Shown one piece after another: positions 28,509 through 42,221 of a DNA stretch of 64,000 nucleotides (position 1 is the stretch's first letter; every line of letters starts with the position of its first letter). The stretch is taken from assembly GCA_043228905.1 (NCBI GenBank), contig JBHGNT010000014.1, positions 5,580,001-5,644,000 on the forward strand, written 5' to 3'. A program made the position numbers and the translations under genes. This stretch comes from Azolla caroliniana (Eukaryota; Plantae; Polypodiophyta). A model generated the notes under the pieces. That model had not been told where the DNA came from. It made no database searches and was given only the letters and a program-made list of their open reading frames with translations.

Positions 28509-28939
28509 TTATCTAGCATTCAAGATCTCCCGCCAGCGAACCCATATTTTTCGTTAAGAAGAAATATGGTTGTTAGAACAAAGCTAGAGATTGAACGATT
28601 GAAGGAAGGTATAAGAGAATAGAAGAAGAGAGGAGAATGGATTGATAAGAGAAGAGTGGGTTTATTACAATAGAAAGAGTACAAGGGTGAGTTGGATACA
28701 AGGTAGGCTTGGAGCTGAAGATTAGTGTTGATTCGAATTGATTTGATATGATCTATTTGTCTCTATTTATAGGTTTCTATAGAATAACTTAGAGATTTCT
28801 AAAATGTTCTAGAATGTTCTTGAACCTAGAATATTCTAGGATGTTCAGGAAGATTTCTAGAATGTTCTAGAAAGTTCCAGAAGTTTCTCTAATACAATAA
28901 TCACTATGATAAAGTAGCTTTTATCATTTTACGTCATGA

Positions 28940-29008
28940 TAGGTTACCTTACTGGTTAGGCTTTGGATTTCATAATATGAAGTCTTGGGTTCAAGTCTAG
29001 GTGAAGCA
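28940..29008 (+). other. tRNA-like module in the chromovirus LTR (second copy ~37820-37888)
   Basis: TTA(C/A)TGGTTAG D-loop-like segment ... TTGGGTTCAAGTCTAGG T-arm/B-box-like segment at tRNA spacing. Confidence 0.55.
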
Positions 29009-29418
29009 TAATATTCACGGATTCATGACATTATCCCTTCGTTTAAAATGACGAGTGGAAGGAGTTGTTAACAATGTAGGGCCGGGTTTGTTGGGATAGT
29101 GATGATGGAAGTCGTCGATAAGAGCTTGAACATTACAAACATTATCGACAAGTTCCCATGTGCGATCGCTCAGGGTATATACCCTAGCCAATCAACTAGA
29201 TAATACAACTTATTGCGCACAATCTTAGAATCGAAAATGGAGGCTACCTCGTACTCTGGGCCATCAACAAGTTGGAGAGGAGGTAGTGGCGACACGACAC
29301 GATTGGGAATCGAGCTGGTGTAGCAAGGTTCCAAAAGAGAGCTGTGAAAGACTAGATGAAGCCACAAATTTGCAGGAAGATCAAGACGGAATGTTGCATC
29401 ATTAATCCGCTTTGTGAT

Positions 29419-32400
29419 TGTTGGGGTAAAGGCCCTAAATGACCCCCTTATAGTGTGTACATGTATATAGGGGTGAAAGCATGGGAATGTGAACAATTAG
29501 TTGTGTCCTTGACATAACTAATTAGCTATGCAAAAAGCTACATGTAATTTGCATATTTTGGCAATTTTGGGTATTATTAGAATGTGATCTCAAATAAAGA
29601 CCAACTAAACTATGGACCATAAATGGTAATATTTCCATCCCCATGATAAATTATATGTCTGTTTAAGATTTTCCCACTAAAACTTAGCTATAAAAAAACT
29701 ACTTAGTTGTGGTCATTTTTGCTACATGTTAGTTATAATAGTGTTTCCATTCACATGCTTTCACCCATAGGCCTATTTATAAAGGCCAAAAGTCACTCAT
29801 CACCTTTTTTGTTATTTTTGGGCCAAGTCCAATGTGAACTTGACAAACCCTAAATGGGCCATATAAAACATAAGTTAAAAACTTTTGGATCTCACTTCAA
29901 AAGGTGAGCTCCTCCAACTATTACTCTCTCTCTCTCTCTCTCTCTATCTTTTCTACCATAGCTCCACTATTGCATCTAAAGGGCCTATACTAGGGTGAAT
30001 CTTGAGTATTCCTTAGCCTTATTGACATCAGCCCTAACCCTTACAACTGGTATCAGAGCGAATTTTGGGTTTCTGAACTTCTGCACAGTTGTTGTACAAC
30101 AAAGAACAAGTGTTTAGACCTCTTTATTGTGAGCTATGGCGTCATCCTCAGAAGCGAAGAATCTTTTTGAGATTCAACGACTTGAGGGAACAAGTTTCGA
30201 CTTGTGGAAGGAAAGAATGCAAGGAATTTTTTTTTGAAGGATTGTGAGAGGGCGTTGGAAGCAGAAAAACCAGAGAACATGTTAGAAGATGCATGGCAGA
30301 ATTTAAACAAAAAGGCTATCATATATATTAAGATGGTTGTTTCTGATGAGATCTTGGTAGATCTCAAAGGGTTGGAATCTGCTTCTAAAATATGGGCAAA
30401 GTTGAAGTCTACATATGAAAACAATACACCTGTTAATCAAGTACACCTAATGTTAGAAAGCTTGTTGGCATGCAATTGGATGAGTCCAAGAGTGCAGTTG
30501 AACACTTGTCCTTATTTACAGGTACCTTATCACAGCTGCAAGACTCAAGAATGACTCCTTTTGATGATAACCTCAAAGCCATTTTCTTGTTAATGACACT
30601 ACCTGACTCATGGGAGACATTGGTAGTCTCATTATCTAATAGCCCCAACTTGACCTTTGATGGTGTTAGGGGCTCCATACTCAATGAAGAGATTAGGAGA
30701 AAAGCAAGTGGAGAAGCTGACAACTCAGCCAACATGGTTAGACGTAGGACAAATAAAAGAAGTAACTATGCACATAAGAACAAAAGTAAAAGCCAAGAAA
30801 GGGGAAATAACAGCAAAGTTAAAAGCAATAACGTAACATGCTATCAGTGTGGCAGGAAAGGCCACAATAAACCTGATTGTCACTATTACAAAGCAAAACT
30901 TGAAAGAAAAAGGAATTCTGGAGATAAGAGAAAGGATAAGACTAATGCACATGACAACCAAATTGACAAAGAGAAGGCCAATTTGGCCTCTAATGTAGGC
31001 ATAGGAGCTGTCAAATGTTGAGGACATTTTATGTGCTAGTTTTTCAGCAGATGATACTTATGCATATGATGCCTCCCTAAATATTCCTTCAAAGGACATG
31101 TGCATCACTAAGAATGATCTTATTCATGCTTTGTTGACTGTCAATGATGCATTAGCCCAAACATGGATAATTGACTCTAGTGCTTCATTTCATGTGACTC
31201 CTATCAAGGAGTGTTTTTCTACTTTTACTACAGGCAACCATGGCCATGTATACCATGGAAACAATCATGCAGGTTCCATTGAGGGTATTGACATTGTGTG
31301 TTTTTCTACAAATGGCACTAATGAGCTGGTTTTGCATAATGTGCGTTATGTACCAGGGATCAAGAAGAGCTTGCTTTCTGTGGGGCAAATGGATATGCAT
31401 GGTTATAACATTCTCTTTGAGAGAGGATCATGGAAAATGACAAAAGGTTCAAGGTTGATTTTGAAAGGCACAAAAAAGGGAACACTTTATTGCTTACATG
31501 GAAATGTTATATCGAGCAAATTTATTGCTTTGGCTAAAGTTCACTCCCATATGGAGTTGTGGCATAAGAGACTTGGCCATATGAGCCTAAAGGGTCTCAC
31601 TAGGTTTTGTAATCTAAAGAAGCTTGATGCTAAAGGCACGAAGCTTGATTTTTGTAATGAATGCCAATATAGAAAGTAAGTGAAGCGTTCCTTTTACTCT
31701 GGTGTGTCTCGTAAGTCTTGTGCACTTGATCTTGTTCATTCTGATGTGTGTAGCATGCCCACCAAATCTATGGGGGGTGCAATGTATTTTATCTCATTTG
31801 TTGATGATTTCTCTAGAAAAATTTGGGTTCAATTGCTTAAATCTAAGGACAAAGCCTTAGCTACATTTAAGCGTTTTTATGCATTTGTGACCACTCAAAC
31901 AGGCAAAAAACTGAAATGTTTGCATATGGACAATGGTGATGAATATACAAGTGCTGAATTCAAGAAATTTTGTGAAATTTTGGGTATTAAGAGGGAGCTT
32001 ATTGTTCCATACAGCCCCTCTTCTAATGGTGTGGCTAAACGATATAATAGGACACTTTGTGAGAGAGTGAGATGCATTATGTCCACTGCTAATGTCCCTC
32101 ATGGATTTTGGGGAGAGGCATTGAAAACTGCAGTACATGTATGCAATAGATCCCCTCACACGTCTTTAAAGGGTGATATCCCTAAAGAGGTTTGGTTTGG
32201 CAAACCTGCTTCATATGATCACTTACATGTCTTTGGCTACAAGGATTTTGTACATATAAGGCCTGAGCTGAGAAACAAACTTGATGCCAAGTCCATTAAG
32301 GGCCTCTTCATGGGATATGGTGAAGAAGGCGAAATGGGTTATAAGATTTGGATACCCCAACTCAAGAAGGTTATACGCAGTCGAGATGTGGTTTTCAATG

Positions 32401-33803
32401 AGGCAGGGCTGCTTCAAAACAATTATGCCTCAAAAGATGACCGTAAAAGGGTTCGATTTTAGCATGACCAACCACCTGTTAGACCCAGTTTTGACCATCA
32501 AGATCCACCACAAAGGACTAAAAATATTGATCATCCAGTGGTTTTGAAGCTAGAAGATGTTGGACAGCAAGGTCAGGATCCTGAAATGAATATGCAACCA
32601 AATAATAATGCTGAAAATGGCGCTGAAAATAATGGACAACAACCTAACAATGATGATTTAGACATGTCACCTAATGTTGATCCATTACTTGACAATATGG
32701 ATCATTGGGTGAGACGTTCTACTCGTATAAGACGAAATGTGAGTAGATTTGACCCCTCGTTGCACTACATAATGTTGACCAATGAGGGAGAACCTCTTAC
32801 ATATAAAGAGACAAAGGCATGTGAGCACAACAATAAGTGGGAGCTTGCTATGTAGGAAGAGATTAAGGCGTTGCATTCAAATAATACTTGGGACTTGGTT
32901 GAACTGCCCAAAGGAAGGAAAGCTATTCCTAACAAATGGGTATATAAAATCAAGACCGTTGATGACAAACCCAAGTATAAAGCAAGGCTGGTTGCAAAAG
33001 GATATGCTCAAACTAAGGGCATAGATTTTCAGGAAGTATTTTCTCCTGTGGTTAAAATGACCACTTTGCGAGTGTTATTTGCTATAGTGGCTGCACTTGA
33101 TTTGGAATTAGACCAAATGGATGTACATACAACTTCTTTGCATGGTGACATTGACAAAGAGCTTTACATGAAACAACCTGAGGGCTTTGTTATTCTTGGA
33201 AACGAACATATCTCAACCACCGAGGCTTCCAAGGAAGCAATATGGTTATCACGTCTATGCAGCGAGTTTGGTTTGCCTGAAAAGGCACCCATTCTTAGTT
33301 GTGATAGCTAGAGTACCATCTGTTTGGCAAAGAATGCTATGTTTTCATGCACGCACAAAACATATTGATGTGCGATATCACTTCATTCAAGAAGTGCTTG
33401 AGGATGGCCTTATCACATTGATAAAGATCCACACATCACAGAACCCTATGGATGTAATGACCAAGTGCTTACCTAAAGCACAACATCAAATATGTATACA
33501 AATGGTGGGAGTCACATAGCTTAAAAGTGTCATTTATGCCTTTAAGTGGGAGGTTATTGGGGTGAAGGCCCTAAATGACCCCCTTATAGTGTGTACATGT
33601 ATATAGGCCTATTTATAAAGGCCAAAAGTTACTCTTCACCTTTTTTGTTATTTTTGGGCCAAGTCCAATGTGAACTTGGCAAACCCTAAATGGGCCATAT
33701 AAAACATAAGTTAAAAACTTTTGGATCTCACTTCAAAAGGTGAGCTCCTCCAACTATTGCTCTCTCTCTCTATCTATCTTTTCTACAATAGCTCCACTAT
33801 TGC
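29419..33803 (+). mobile_element. Ty1/copia nested in the chromovirus; 5' LTR 29419-30045, Met PBS 30048-30059, truncated 3' LTR from 33555; RT-RNaseH internal deletion near 33205
   Basis: Gag CYQCGRKGH, protease WIIDSSASFH, integrase [22 protein letters not shown], RNaseH RTKHIDVRYHF. Confidence 0.92.
29471..29766. mobile_element. TIR-bounded MITE-like segment present only in the 5' LTR of the nested copia
   Basis: GGGTGAAAGCATG ... CATGCTTTCACCC flanked by ATAG/ATAG; absent from the 3' LTR at ~33605. Confidence 0.7.
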
Positions 33804-36800
33804 TGCTTCGCACTAGGGTTTGGTGACATCACTGGAATGTCCAAGAGACACCATCGAGGATGGTTGCCAGTATAAGCATAGAAAGGTGTGACCTTGGTAG
33901 AAGAGTGTATGGTGTTATTGTACGCAAACTCTACAAGATGCAATATATGACTCCAATAATCTTGTTGATAACTGATGAAATATCGAAGATACTGCTCAAG
34001 TGTTTGATTTGTGCGCTCTGTTTGGCCATCAGTTTCGGGATGATATGTTGGAGAGAGTTTGCAAAAGATTCGGAGCCTGTTACATAGGTGCTTCCAAAAG
34101 TGAGAGAAAAATTACGGATTACGATCACTAATTATGTCGTTTAGAAGACCATGATGGCGAAATACTTCACGCATAATGATATCTGTTGTTTCTTGACTAC
34201 TGATGCTCTTTACGCAAGGCAAAAAATGTGCCATCTTGGTAAATCGATCCACTACGGTTAAAATAACATCAGAACCTTGTGAAGGTGGCATATCTGTAAT
34301 GAAATCCATAGAAATTCACTGCCATGGCTTGCTCGGAGTCGACAATGGTTGTAACAACCCATAAGGATGATGCTTAGGCATTTTGGCTCGACAACATGTG
34401 TCACATGTGTGAACACAATCTTCAACAAATTGTTGTAAATGAGGCCACCAAAATATCGCTTCACTAGCTCCATGGTCTTGGCAATACCAAAGTGTCCAGC
34501 CATACGGGCATCATGACAGTGCTCCAACACTCAAAGGCGTGGTGATCCATCAAGGACATAAAGGAGATTCTCGTAGAAAAGTAAGTTATCTTGTTGCTTG
34601 AACTCCTTATAGCGTCGAGATGTCCCTGGCAATGCATGATTTGGACCAAGGTGGACGAAGACATCCTTAGCAAAATCATCAAAGTGAAGTTGTTGTCGAA
34701 TAGTATCAAGAAGACTTGAATCCAGTGGCGTGACACAAACCGTGGTTACTTGTAGTTTTGCTGGACCAAGGAGAACTTGCTTTTGATTGTCAAAAGCTGG
34801 ATCTCTAGGGCGAAGTGCCAAATATGAGCATCGAGATAGAGCATCTGCTTGCCCTTGTTGTTTCCCTAGGCGGAAAATGATCTTGAAATCAAAACGAGTT
34901 AAAAATTGCGCCCACTGAGCTTGTCGCCTATTTAGCATTCAAGGCATCTGAAAATATGTAAGATTTGTGTGTTCACTATAAATGATGATTTGATGAGGCG
35001 AACCTTCCAAGAAATGTTGCCATTGCACAAAAGAGTCGACCACAACTAGTAATTGTTTGTCATGCACCTCGTAATTGATCTCTACAACATTAAATTTTCT
35101 TGAGTGAAACGTGACTAGATGAAACTGCCCATCTTCACCTGGTTGTGATAGGATGCTCCCTAATGCAAAGTCAGATGCATTTGCCTCAATGATAAATGAC
35201 TTTTCTGGATTAACATGAGCTAAGACAAGAGCTGATGTGAATGCCTCTTTCAACTGATTAAAGGCTTTGTTTGCTTCAGGGGTTCAAACAAATGCTTGAT
35301 TTTTCTTGGTGAGTTGAGTGAGCGGCAATACAATCTTTGAATAATTCCATATGAATTTGCAGTAGAAGTTGGCAAATCCAAGGAATCACTAGACATCGCG
35401 GACAAAACTTGGAGTATGTCATTCCAATATTGTTTGAATTTTCGCTGGATCCATGAAGATACCTTTGGATTAAATGGTATAACCCAAGAACTCAACTTCT
35501 TTGCTATCAAAACTACACTTCTCTAGTTTGGCATAAAGACTATACTCTCTTAAGCGTTGGAGTACCTTCCGCACATGTATATCATGCTCCGCATGTGTTC
35601 AAGAGTATATCAATAGATCATCTAAATAGATTATGAGAAAGATATCTAGAAAATCTCGGAAAATGTCATTTGCCATATGTTAAAACACGACGGGAGCATT
35701 TGTGAGCCCAAAAGGCCTTACTGTATACTTGAAATGGCCATACCGAGTGCAAAATGCAATCTTCCACTCATCTCTAGGTCGAATACGGACAAGATTATAT
35801 GCACCCCTTAGATCAATTTTGGTAAAATGCTTTGCCCCACCAATGCGCTCTAAACCTATTTCTTATTATGACTTTATTTAATCCCTAATAATCCACGACC
35901 AAACAAGTGGGCCATCCTTTTTCTTCACGAAAAAGATAGGAGCACTAGTTGGAGACTTTGAATGTCAAATAAACCCACTTGCAAGATTCTCATCGATGTA
36001 TGCTCGAAGAACCTCAAGCTCCGTTGATGATAGATTGTAGATCAAACCCAATGGTGGCTCTTTTCCTGGTTATAGATCAATGGGACAATCGTATGGCCGA
36101 TGCTTTAGAAGCACACTAGCTTTGACTTTGTCGAAGACATCAACATATTCTTGGTACTTTTTAGGAATGTAGACCTCTGACTTCCCTTGAGTGTCACTAG
36201 AAGGTGCAACTGATATGGAAAATAAGAATAAATCTTCTTTTGCTCCTTCTTGGCATAATTGTTGTAGGGTGATGGTTGAAATTTGATGAAGAGGAACAAC
36301 GTGTTTGGTAGAGGAGGATCCTGGGTTCGAGCCTTGACCACTATGTTTCCTTTTAAAGGGCACCTAATTTCTCGTCGTCTCCAATCAATTCTTGGGTTAT
36401 GTAGCTCAAACCATGGCAAACCAAAGACTATTGGATGCTCAGGGCTACGTATTATGTTAAAGGAAACTACAAATTCTAGATCACCTAAGAGTATGTGTAT
36501 CGGCTCAAACTCCTCGAATATCTTTCCAGAAGCTATGAGACGTCCATCAGTCACTAGTATAGAAACTGGGCAAGGAAGTTTATGCAAGGGTATTTGATGT
36601 TTTTGGGCAAAATCTCTATCCATGATACAAGAATTGGCTCCGGTATCTAAGAGAGCTAGGACATGAAGTTGACAACTTGGTGTCTGAACTTGTACTTGGG
36701 CAGAGAAAACTCTACTAACATGCTTGAAAGAGATGGAACACACACTAGGTTGTATACATCTAGGATTGTCCAACCAAACGGCTCCGATTTTGGGCGGACT

Positions 36801-38581
36801 TATTCGTTTTACTCGTCTTCTAATTGGCTTAGGACCTCAAACTTATTGGATAGAGTTGGATTACTAGAATCACTAGTTGGGACAGTTTCAACGATGCTAG
36901 ACTCATTTCTATTATCATAGTTAATGTGATGTACCTGACGTCTCGGTCTATGCGGGTAGTGAATGACAATATGTCCTAGACCTCCACAATATAAGCATAG
37001 TCGATTTGCTCAACGACGTTATTTCTCTTCATCTGATAATGGTCCTCGTCGCCGAGTCATATCAATCTCCATCGATGTCGGGCTATCTATCCATTGGTGT
37101 TGGGTTACGTGCTTGCCATGGAGTTGGGACGGGGCTATATTGTTGCCTTGGAGATTGTGCTATCACTGATGCATAAGTTGGCGTAAATCTTAATCTTGTT
37201 TGTTGTCGTTGTCGCTCGGACCAACGCTCAAAAAGCCGATTATCACACCGTATTGCTCAGCTAATAGCTTCTATAAGGGATTTTAGATCCTCAGGGAAGG
37301 TAAGAAGTAAATTTTTGACATCTCCACGGAGGCCCAAATGAAACTGCTCCATTAGGGCTTGTTCGTCCCAAGGAATATCACTTCAATGAGACGAAAATTG
37401 AAACCTATAAATAGAGACAAATAGATCATATCAAATTAGTTCGAATCAAACTATTAGAACAAAGCAAGAGATTGGACGATTGAAGGAAGGTATAAGAAAA
37501 TAGAAGAAGAGAGGAGAATGGATTGATAAGAGAAGAGTGGGTTTATTAGAATACAATGAGTACAAGGATGAGTTGGATACAAGGTAGGCTTGGAGCTGAA
37601 GACTAGTGTTGATTCGAATTATTTGATATGATCTATTCGTCTCTATTTATAGGTTTCTATAGAATAGCTTAGAGATTTCTAAAATGTTCTAGAATGTTCT
37701 AGACCAAGAATATTCTAGGATGTTCCAGAAGATTTCTAGAATGTTCTAAAAACTTCCAGAAGTTTCTCTGATATAATAATCACTATGATAAAGTGGCCTT
37801 TATCATTTCACGTCTTGATACGTTACCTTAATGGTTAGACTTCGAATTTCGTAATATGAAGTCTTGGGTTCAAGTCTAGGTGAAGCATAATGTTCACGGA
37901 TTCATGACAATGGTTCGCTTCATCTAGTCGTGGATTATTGGGGATTGACTAAAGTAACTATTCGAAACCAATATGCTCTACCATTGATCTCAAGCCTTCT
38001 GGAACGCCTAATCGGAGCTAAATATTTCACGAAGTTAGATCTTCGAGGTGCTTATAACCTTGTTCGAATTCTTCCTAAATTCTTCATGGGGATGAATGGA
38101 AGACTGCATTTCATACTCACTATGGTCATTTTGAGTATACAGTAATGCCATTTGGTCTCACGAATGCACCAACAGTTTTTCAACATATGGTGAATGACAT
38201 TTTTCGAGATTTCGTCGATATTTTCATCATAGTTTACTTGAGATGGAACAAGGAAAAGAAGATGCTTTATCTCAACGTTTGTATATGGAACTTCAACCAG
38301 GAGAGGCTGCATTTGAAAGTCAGAAGTAAATCCTCTTGGGTCCTGACCGTCTATGACTAATGGCATTTCATGTTATAGACAGACTCGAAGATTCAAGTCT
38401 TGATTCCATTCAGGAGGATATTGAGACTAATGAATTCACCCAAGACATTTTGAACCATATTATCCCAGACCATGCTTCTTGTTCATAATCTCAAAATCCT
38501 CGTCAAGACTACAACCAGTTCAATTGGCATGATGGATTACTTTTTTGGCAAAATCTATTTGTGAAGTCAATTTTTGCTCGT

Positions 38582-40113
38582 TGTCGTGAAGATTCTAGGC
38601 CATCGGGGGAAACATTGCCCGATGCATGGGAACACAGGTGTGCACAAGTGCACCCCCCTTTTGTACTAGTTTATGTAAGTACTAGGTGTCGTAGGTTTTG
38701 TGGATTATTAGGAAGTTAGGCACTATTAGAGGATTTAATATCGCGTGGGTAGGGGCGCGGAAACAAAGGTGAGATAGCGAGAGCACATCAAGAAGAGAAT
38801 CTAGGAGAGAATATAAAGGAGTCATTAAACCTGATGTAACGACTACTCCTTGTGCTATAAAAAGGGCGACCTTCGATTGTTGGAGGGATCGTTCTTTTCT
38901 TTCAGATGCAGTGGACGCTATCGAACAAGAAGAAGTAGCTCGCTCACTCGTTCTCTTCCAAACCTCTACGACCAAACCTTGGGAGGAACCCTCGGCTCGC
39001 GTCAAATGCCCGCGTGCTCCCGGCTAGAGGTCCCCTTTTCCCGTGTGTTTGCTCTAGAGCTCGAAGCTCTGTTCCCGGCTCTGACCGATAGTATTCCCTG
39101 CGCTTCAAGCGTGCGTCCTAACTACTATTGACAATCTATTCCGTTGCTTTATGTTGTTTTTTTTTCCCTTGTGTTGTTCTCGTGTTATTCTCTCGTATTG
39201 CATTGAGTCTGAAACCTACGACCATCTCCTTCCTATTCCTCTTTGTTTGATTCACGATGTTTGTGTGTACACGACCCACGGGCCTCTTCCTCCTTTCTCG
39301 ATTCCTTGGAAGATCCCCGTGGTTTTGCCCCATTTCTACGCATCCGTGTGGAATAACGCGACATATTTGGTGAACCCGACAAGAAGCAAGGGCGACAAAG
39401 GAATCTGAAGATGAGAGGGAGTGAACTCATCGAAGCGATGGCGATGGTTGTAGCCCGCCTAGTTAGTGCTCATGAGAGGGCCATAGAGGCAACGGTCGAC
39501 AAGATAGGCTGGTTCGGTGGGAAAGATGCCACGAGTTACCTAGAGGCCTACAAGTCCGAGATGCAAATGAGGAACATTTCGGAGGATAGAGAGCTGACCG
39601 GGTTTCATCGGGTCGTAACGCCAAGCATCCATGCAGAAGTGCTCGAAGTACAAGCGAGCTGCCACGATTGGGCGAACTTCGCGGAGCAGATTCTCGAACA
39701 GTACAACTTCGATGACTCGCTCCGGTTGTCGAAGGCTTTCATGGATTAGGTTGATAGCCCTGGCAAAGTTCGGAACACATCGACACTCCTTCAATAGTTT
39801 GAGTTGCGGTTCGTGCGGTTCTCCACACTGGACCGGATCGTACTTGACACGAGCAAGGTCCTGCTCTTTGTTAAGTCGTTCAACTTGCTCAACCGCGATA
39901 ATGTGGGTCTTCTTTTAGAGACGAACGACGGACTCACGGTTGATTTGGCCGTGGTCAAAGGAGTATGTGGCCGGATTGACAAGTGCAGAGACTTGAAAGA
40001 AAAGGGGTCCTCGACAGTCGGACCGACTGTCGAAACGAAGGCCAAGCTGACACCAACTCGAACGGAAGAAACGAGAAGGTGGCTCAAGTCAGGCCCGACC
40101 CCAACGAACGTAG
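38582..40113 (+). mobile_element. Truncated Trp-PBS LTR element: LTR 38582-39363, PBS from 39368, gag-like ORF from 39411
   Basis: TGTCGTGAAG...ACGCGACA, then TGGTGAACCCGAC; MRGSELIEAMAMVVARLV; left flank TCGT. Confidence 0.85.
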
Positions 40114-40357
40114 TTGTGGGACCTATATATGATGTATATGTCATAATAATTATACTATTAGTCATTACAAGATATTTAGAGTATTCTAAAATATTTCATG
40201 ATTATCTTAAATATCATAAATATTCTAAAACATTCTAGAATACTCCATAAGGACCTATAAATAGGTGTTTATTCATTCATCACAACTCATTCGGTTCAAC
40301 ACCAATCTTTAACCCCTTAGCCTACTCTTTGTAACCCTTGTTCTCTTATAATATAAA

Positions 40358-40394
<37 letters not shown>

Positions 40395-42221
40395 ATTCTA
40401 TCATCATCTTTTTTCATCTTTCTCTCTCTCCTACTCTCAAGTCACAACAATAAGTCGAAGAATGAAGGTGGCTTCTCTCTCGTACAGATCGTTGTTCAGA
40501 ATGATCCAAACCTTTGAGCCAATCCTCGAGGCAAACCTGCACCATTTCATCCTCATCAATCGTGACATTGATTGGCCCCAACACGTCGCAAATCTCCTTG
40601 ATCTTGGAGGTGTAATCAGCCACCAACATGTCTCTCTGTCGGATGTTGTTTAGCTCTTGTCTAAGCTGCAACTTCTTGTCCATCTTGCTTGCGGCAAAGA
40701 TCTTCTTCATATTCCCCCAAGCTTCCTTTGTTGTCTTTGTGTCCTTGATGTAGCTGAGCCTCTGGTCGCTCATAGAGGATGCAAAGTAGTACAAGACTCA
40801 GCTTGTTACTTGCTTCCAAGTCAGAAAATCTATATGTGTTGGGTCTGGTGCTCCATTATTTGCTCCATCCACGTAACTCTAGTAGTTGTGCCTAACTAGG
40901 TACTGGTGCATATTGCATTCCCAAGTTATGCATAGTTGTTCCTATCAAATTTTTTAGTCAATAGAGAACTTCCCATACCTCTATCCATGGTCCTATCCTT
41001 TTTCTTGTCTAGAAGCCAAAAGCTTTGTCTGTGCCAAAACATTTTGTCGACTGCAAAGGATTCTTCTAACCCTCGCGCTTTGGTCAACTAAGTTAAGTAG
41101 ACAACAAAACCTATATGTCGACAATGTGTTATCCTCATATACTTTGTATGATATGTGACACTGTGTATAGGAAACATTTTGTCAAATGAACTAGCCAATG
41201 GTTAACTTGAACAAAACAAAAATGATGGCAATAAAACCAAGCTAGTACCCCATGTAAACATACAAGGGAGAACCAATACAAGTGATGTATAGCTTCAAAT
41301 CTCGCTATTAATGTCCTATCAACAAATAGGTGGAACATTTGCTATGAGTCTAGACTTCACCCCAATTGAAATTGTTATTAAATAAATCTGATGCTCAGGG
41401 ATGAGAATTTATGATGATGTTATTCAGGGAATTCTTCTTACATAGACAAGACAATTGAAATCTTATCTTGTAATGTTATTAGAAAGAGGTGATTGTCCCC
41501 TTTAGACATGGCCCTATCCCAAAACTTTGCATAGGAACTTACCAACACACTCCTATCAGCAAATTTCTGCATGAGTATAAATCTGGGTAACAAAGGTCCA
41601 TTGTTGTTCTTCTAATGTGTTATGTTTGACATATCTTGATACAAATGAATGACCTCGGGGCCCTTTTATAGTCGAGGAACAGCTCAACATTTATCGGTAA
41701 CATCTACTGTGTTAAATTTGACATATCTTGATACAAATGAATGACCTCATGGCCCTTTTATTCTAGAGCAACAGCTAAACATTTATCAGTAACACCTAAC
41801 AGACCAAGCTCTTTCCAGACTCCACAATATATATTGTATCAGCTATCCAAAATTGTGCATTGCACAGTAAATATCTAGAAATCATCAATTGCATTATTTA
41901 TAACCATTGTTAAGACCAGGAAAACTCAATAACTTTCATTAAATTAGCATTTTATGCAACTTTATGAATTCATGAGAACTATTTATGACAAAAGCTACTA
42001 TGCAAACTTGGAAATTTCTGCTGGATGTGGTTCCAAATGATTCATGATATCCTTACCGGTTTTCGTAAGAAGCTCCACTTTCTTAATCAGTAGATTTTAG
42101 TACCCATTAAATATTTACAAAAACCTTGTGTTGAAAAGAACGAAATGTGAGTCCATCACGATCACATCTCAAAATGCATAGAACAAAACTGAATTGCACC
42201 TTTTAAACCTACTAGCAGCCT

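Larger units (their letters stand above)
28571..37909 (-). mobile_element. Ty3/gypsy chromovirus (Tcn1/Tf1-like); LTRs 28571-29030 and 37452-37909; TSD ATGGT
   Basis: Protease LLDTGA, RT, RNaseH ANASDFALG, integrase MDFITDMPPSQG, chromodomain EYEVASIFDSKIVRNKLYYLVDWLGY; ~460-bp LTR pair. Confidence 0.92.
19330..41080 (-). mobile_element. Fragmented host Ty1/copia: 3' LTR boundary and PPT ~19540, RNaseH 19720-20367, RT/INT/PR pieces 25459-27758, gag 40450-40990
   Basis: Gag reading PSFFDL|..SMLLVDEN is split across 40450/27758; RNaseH DIFAKP..LGLQHLDMPNLRG; flanks ATTAG/ATAAG; same family as the 53122-64000 element; left end approximate. Confidence 0.7.
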
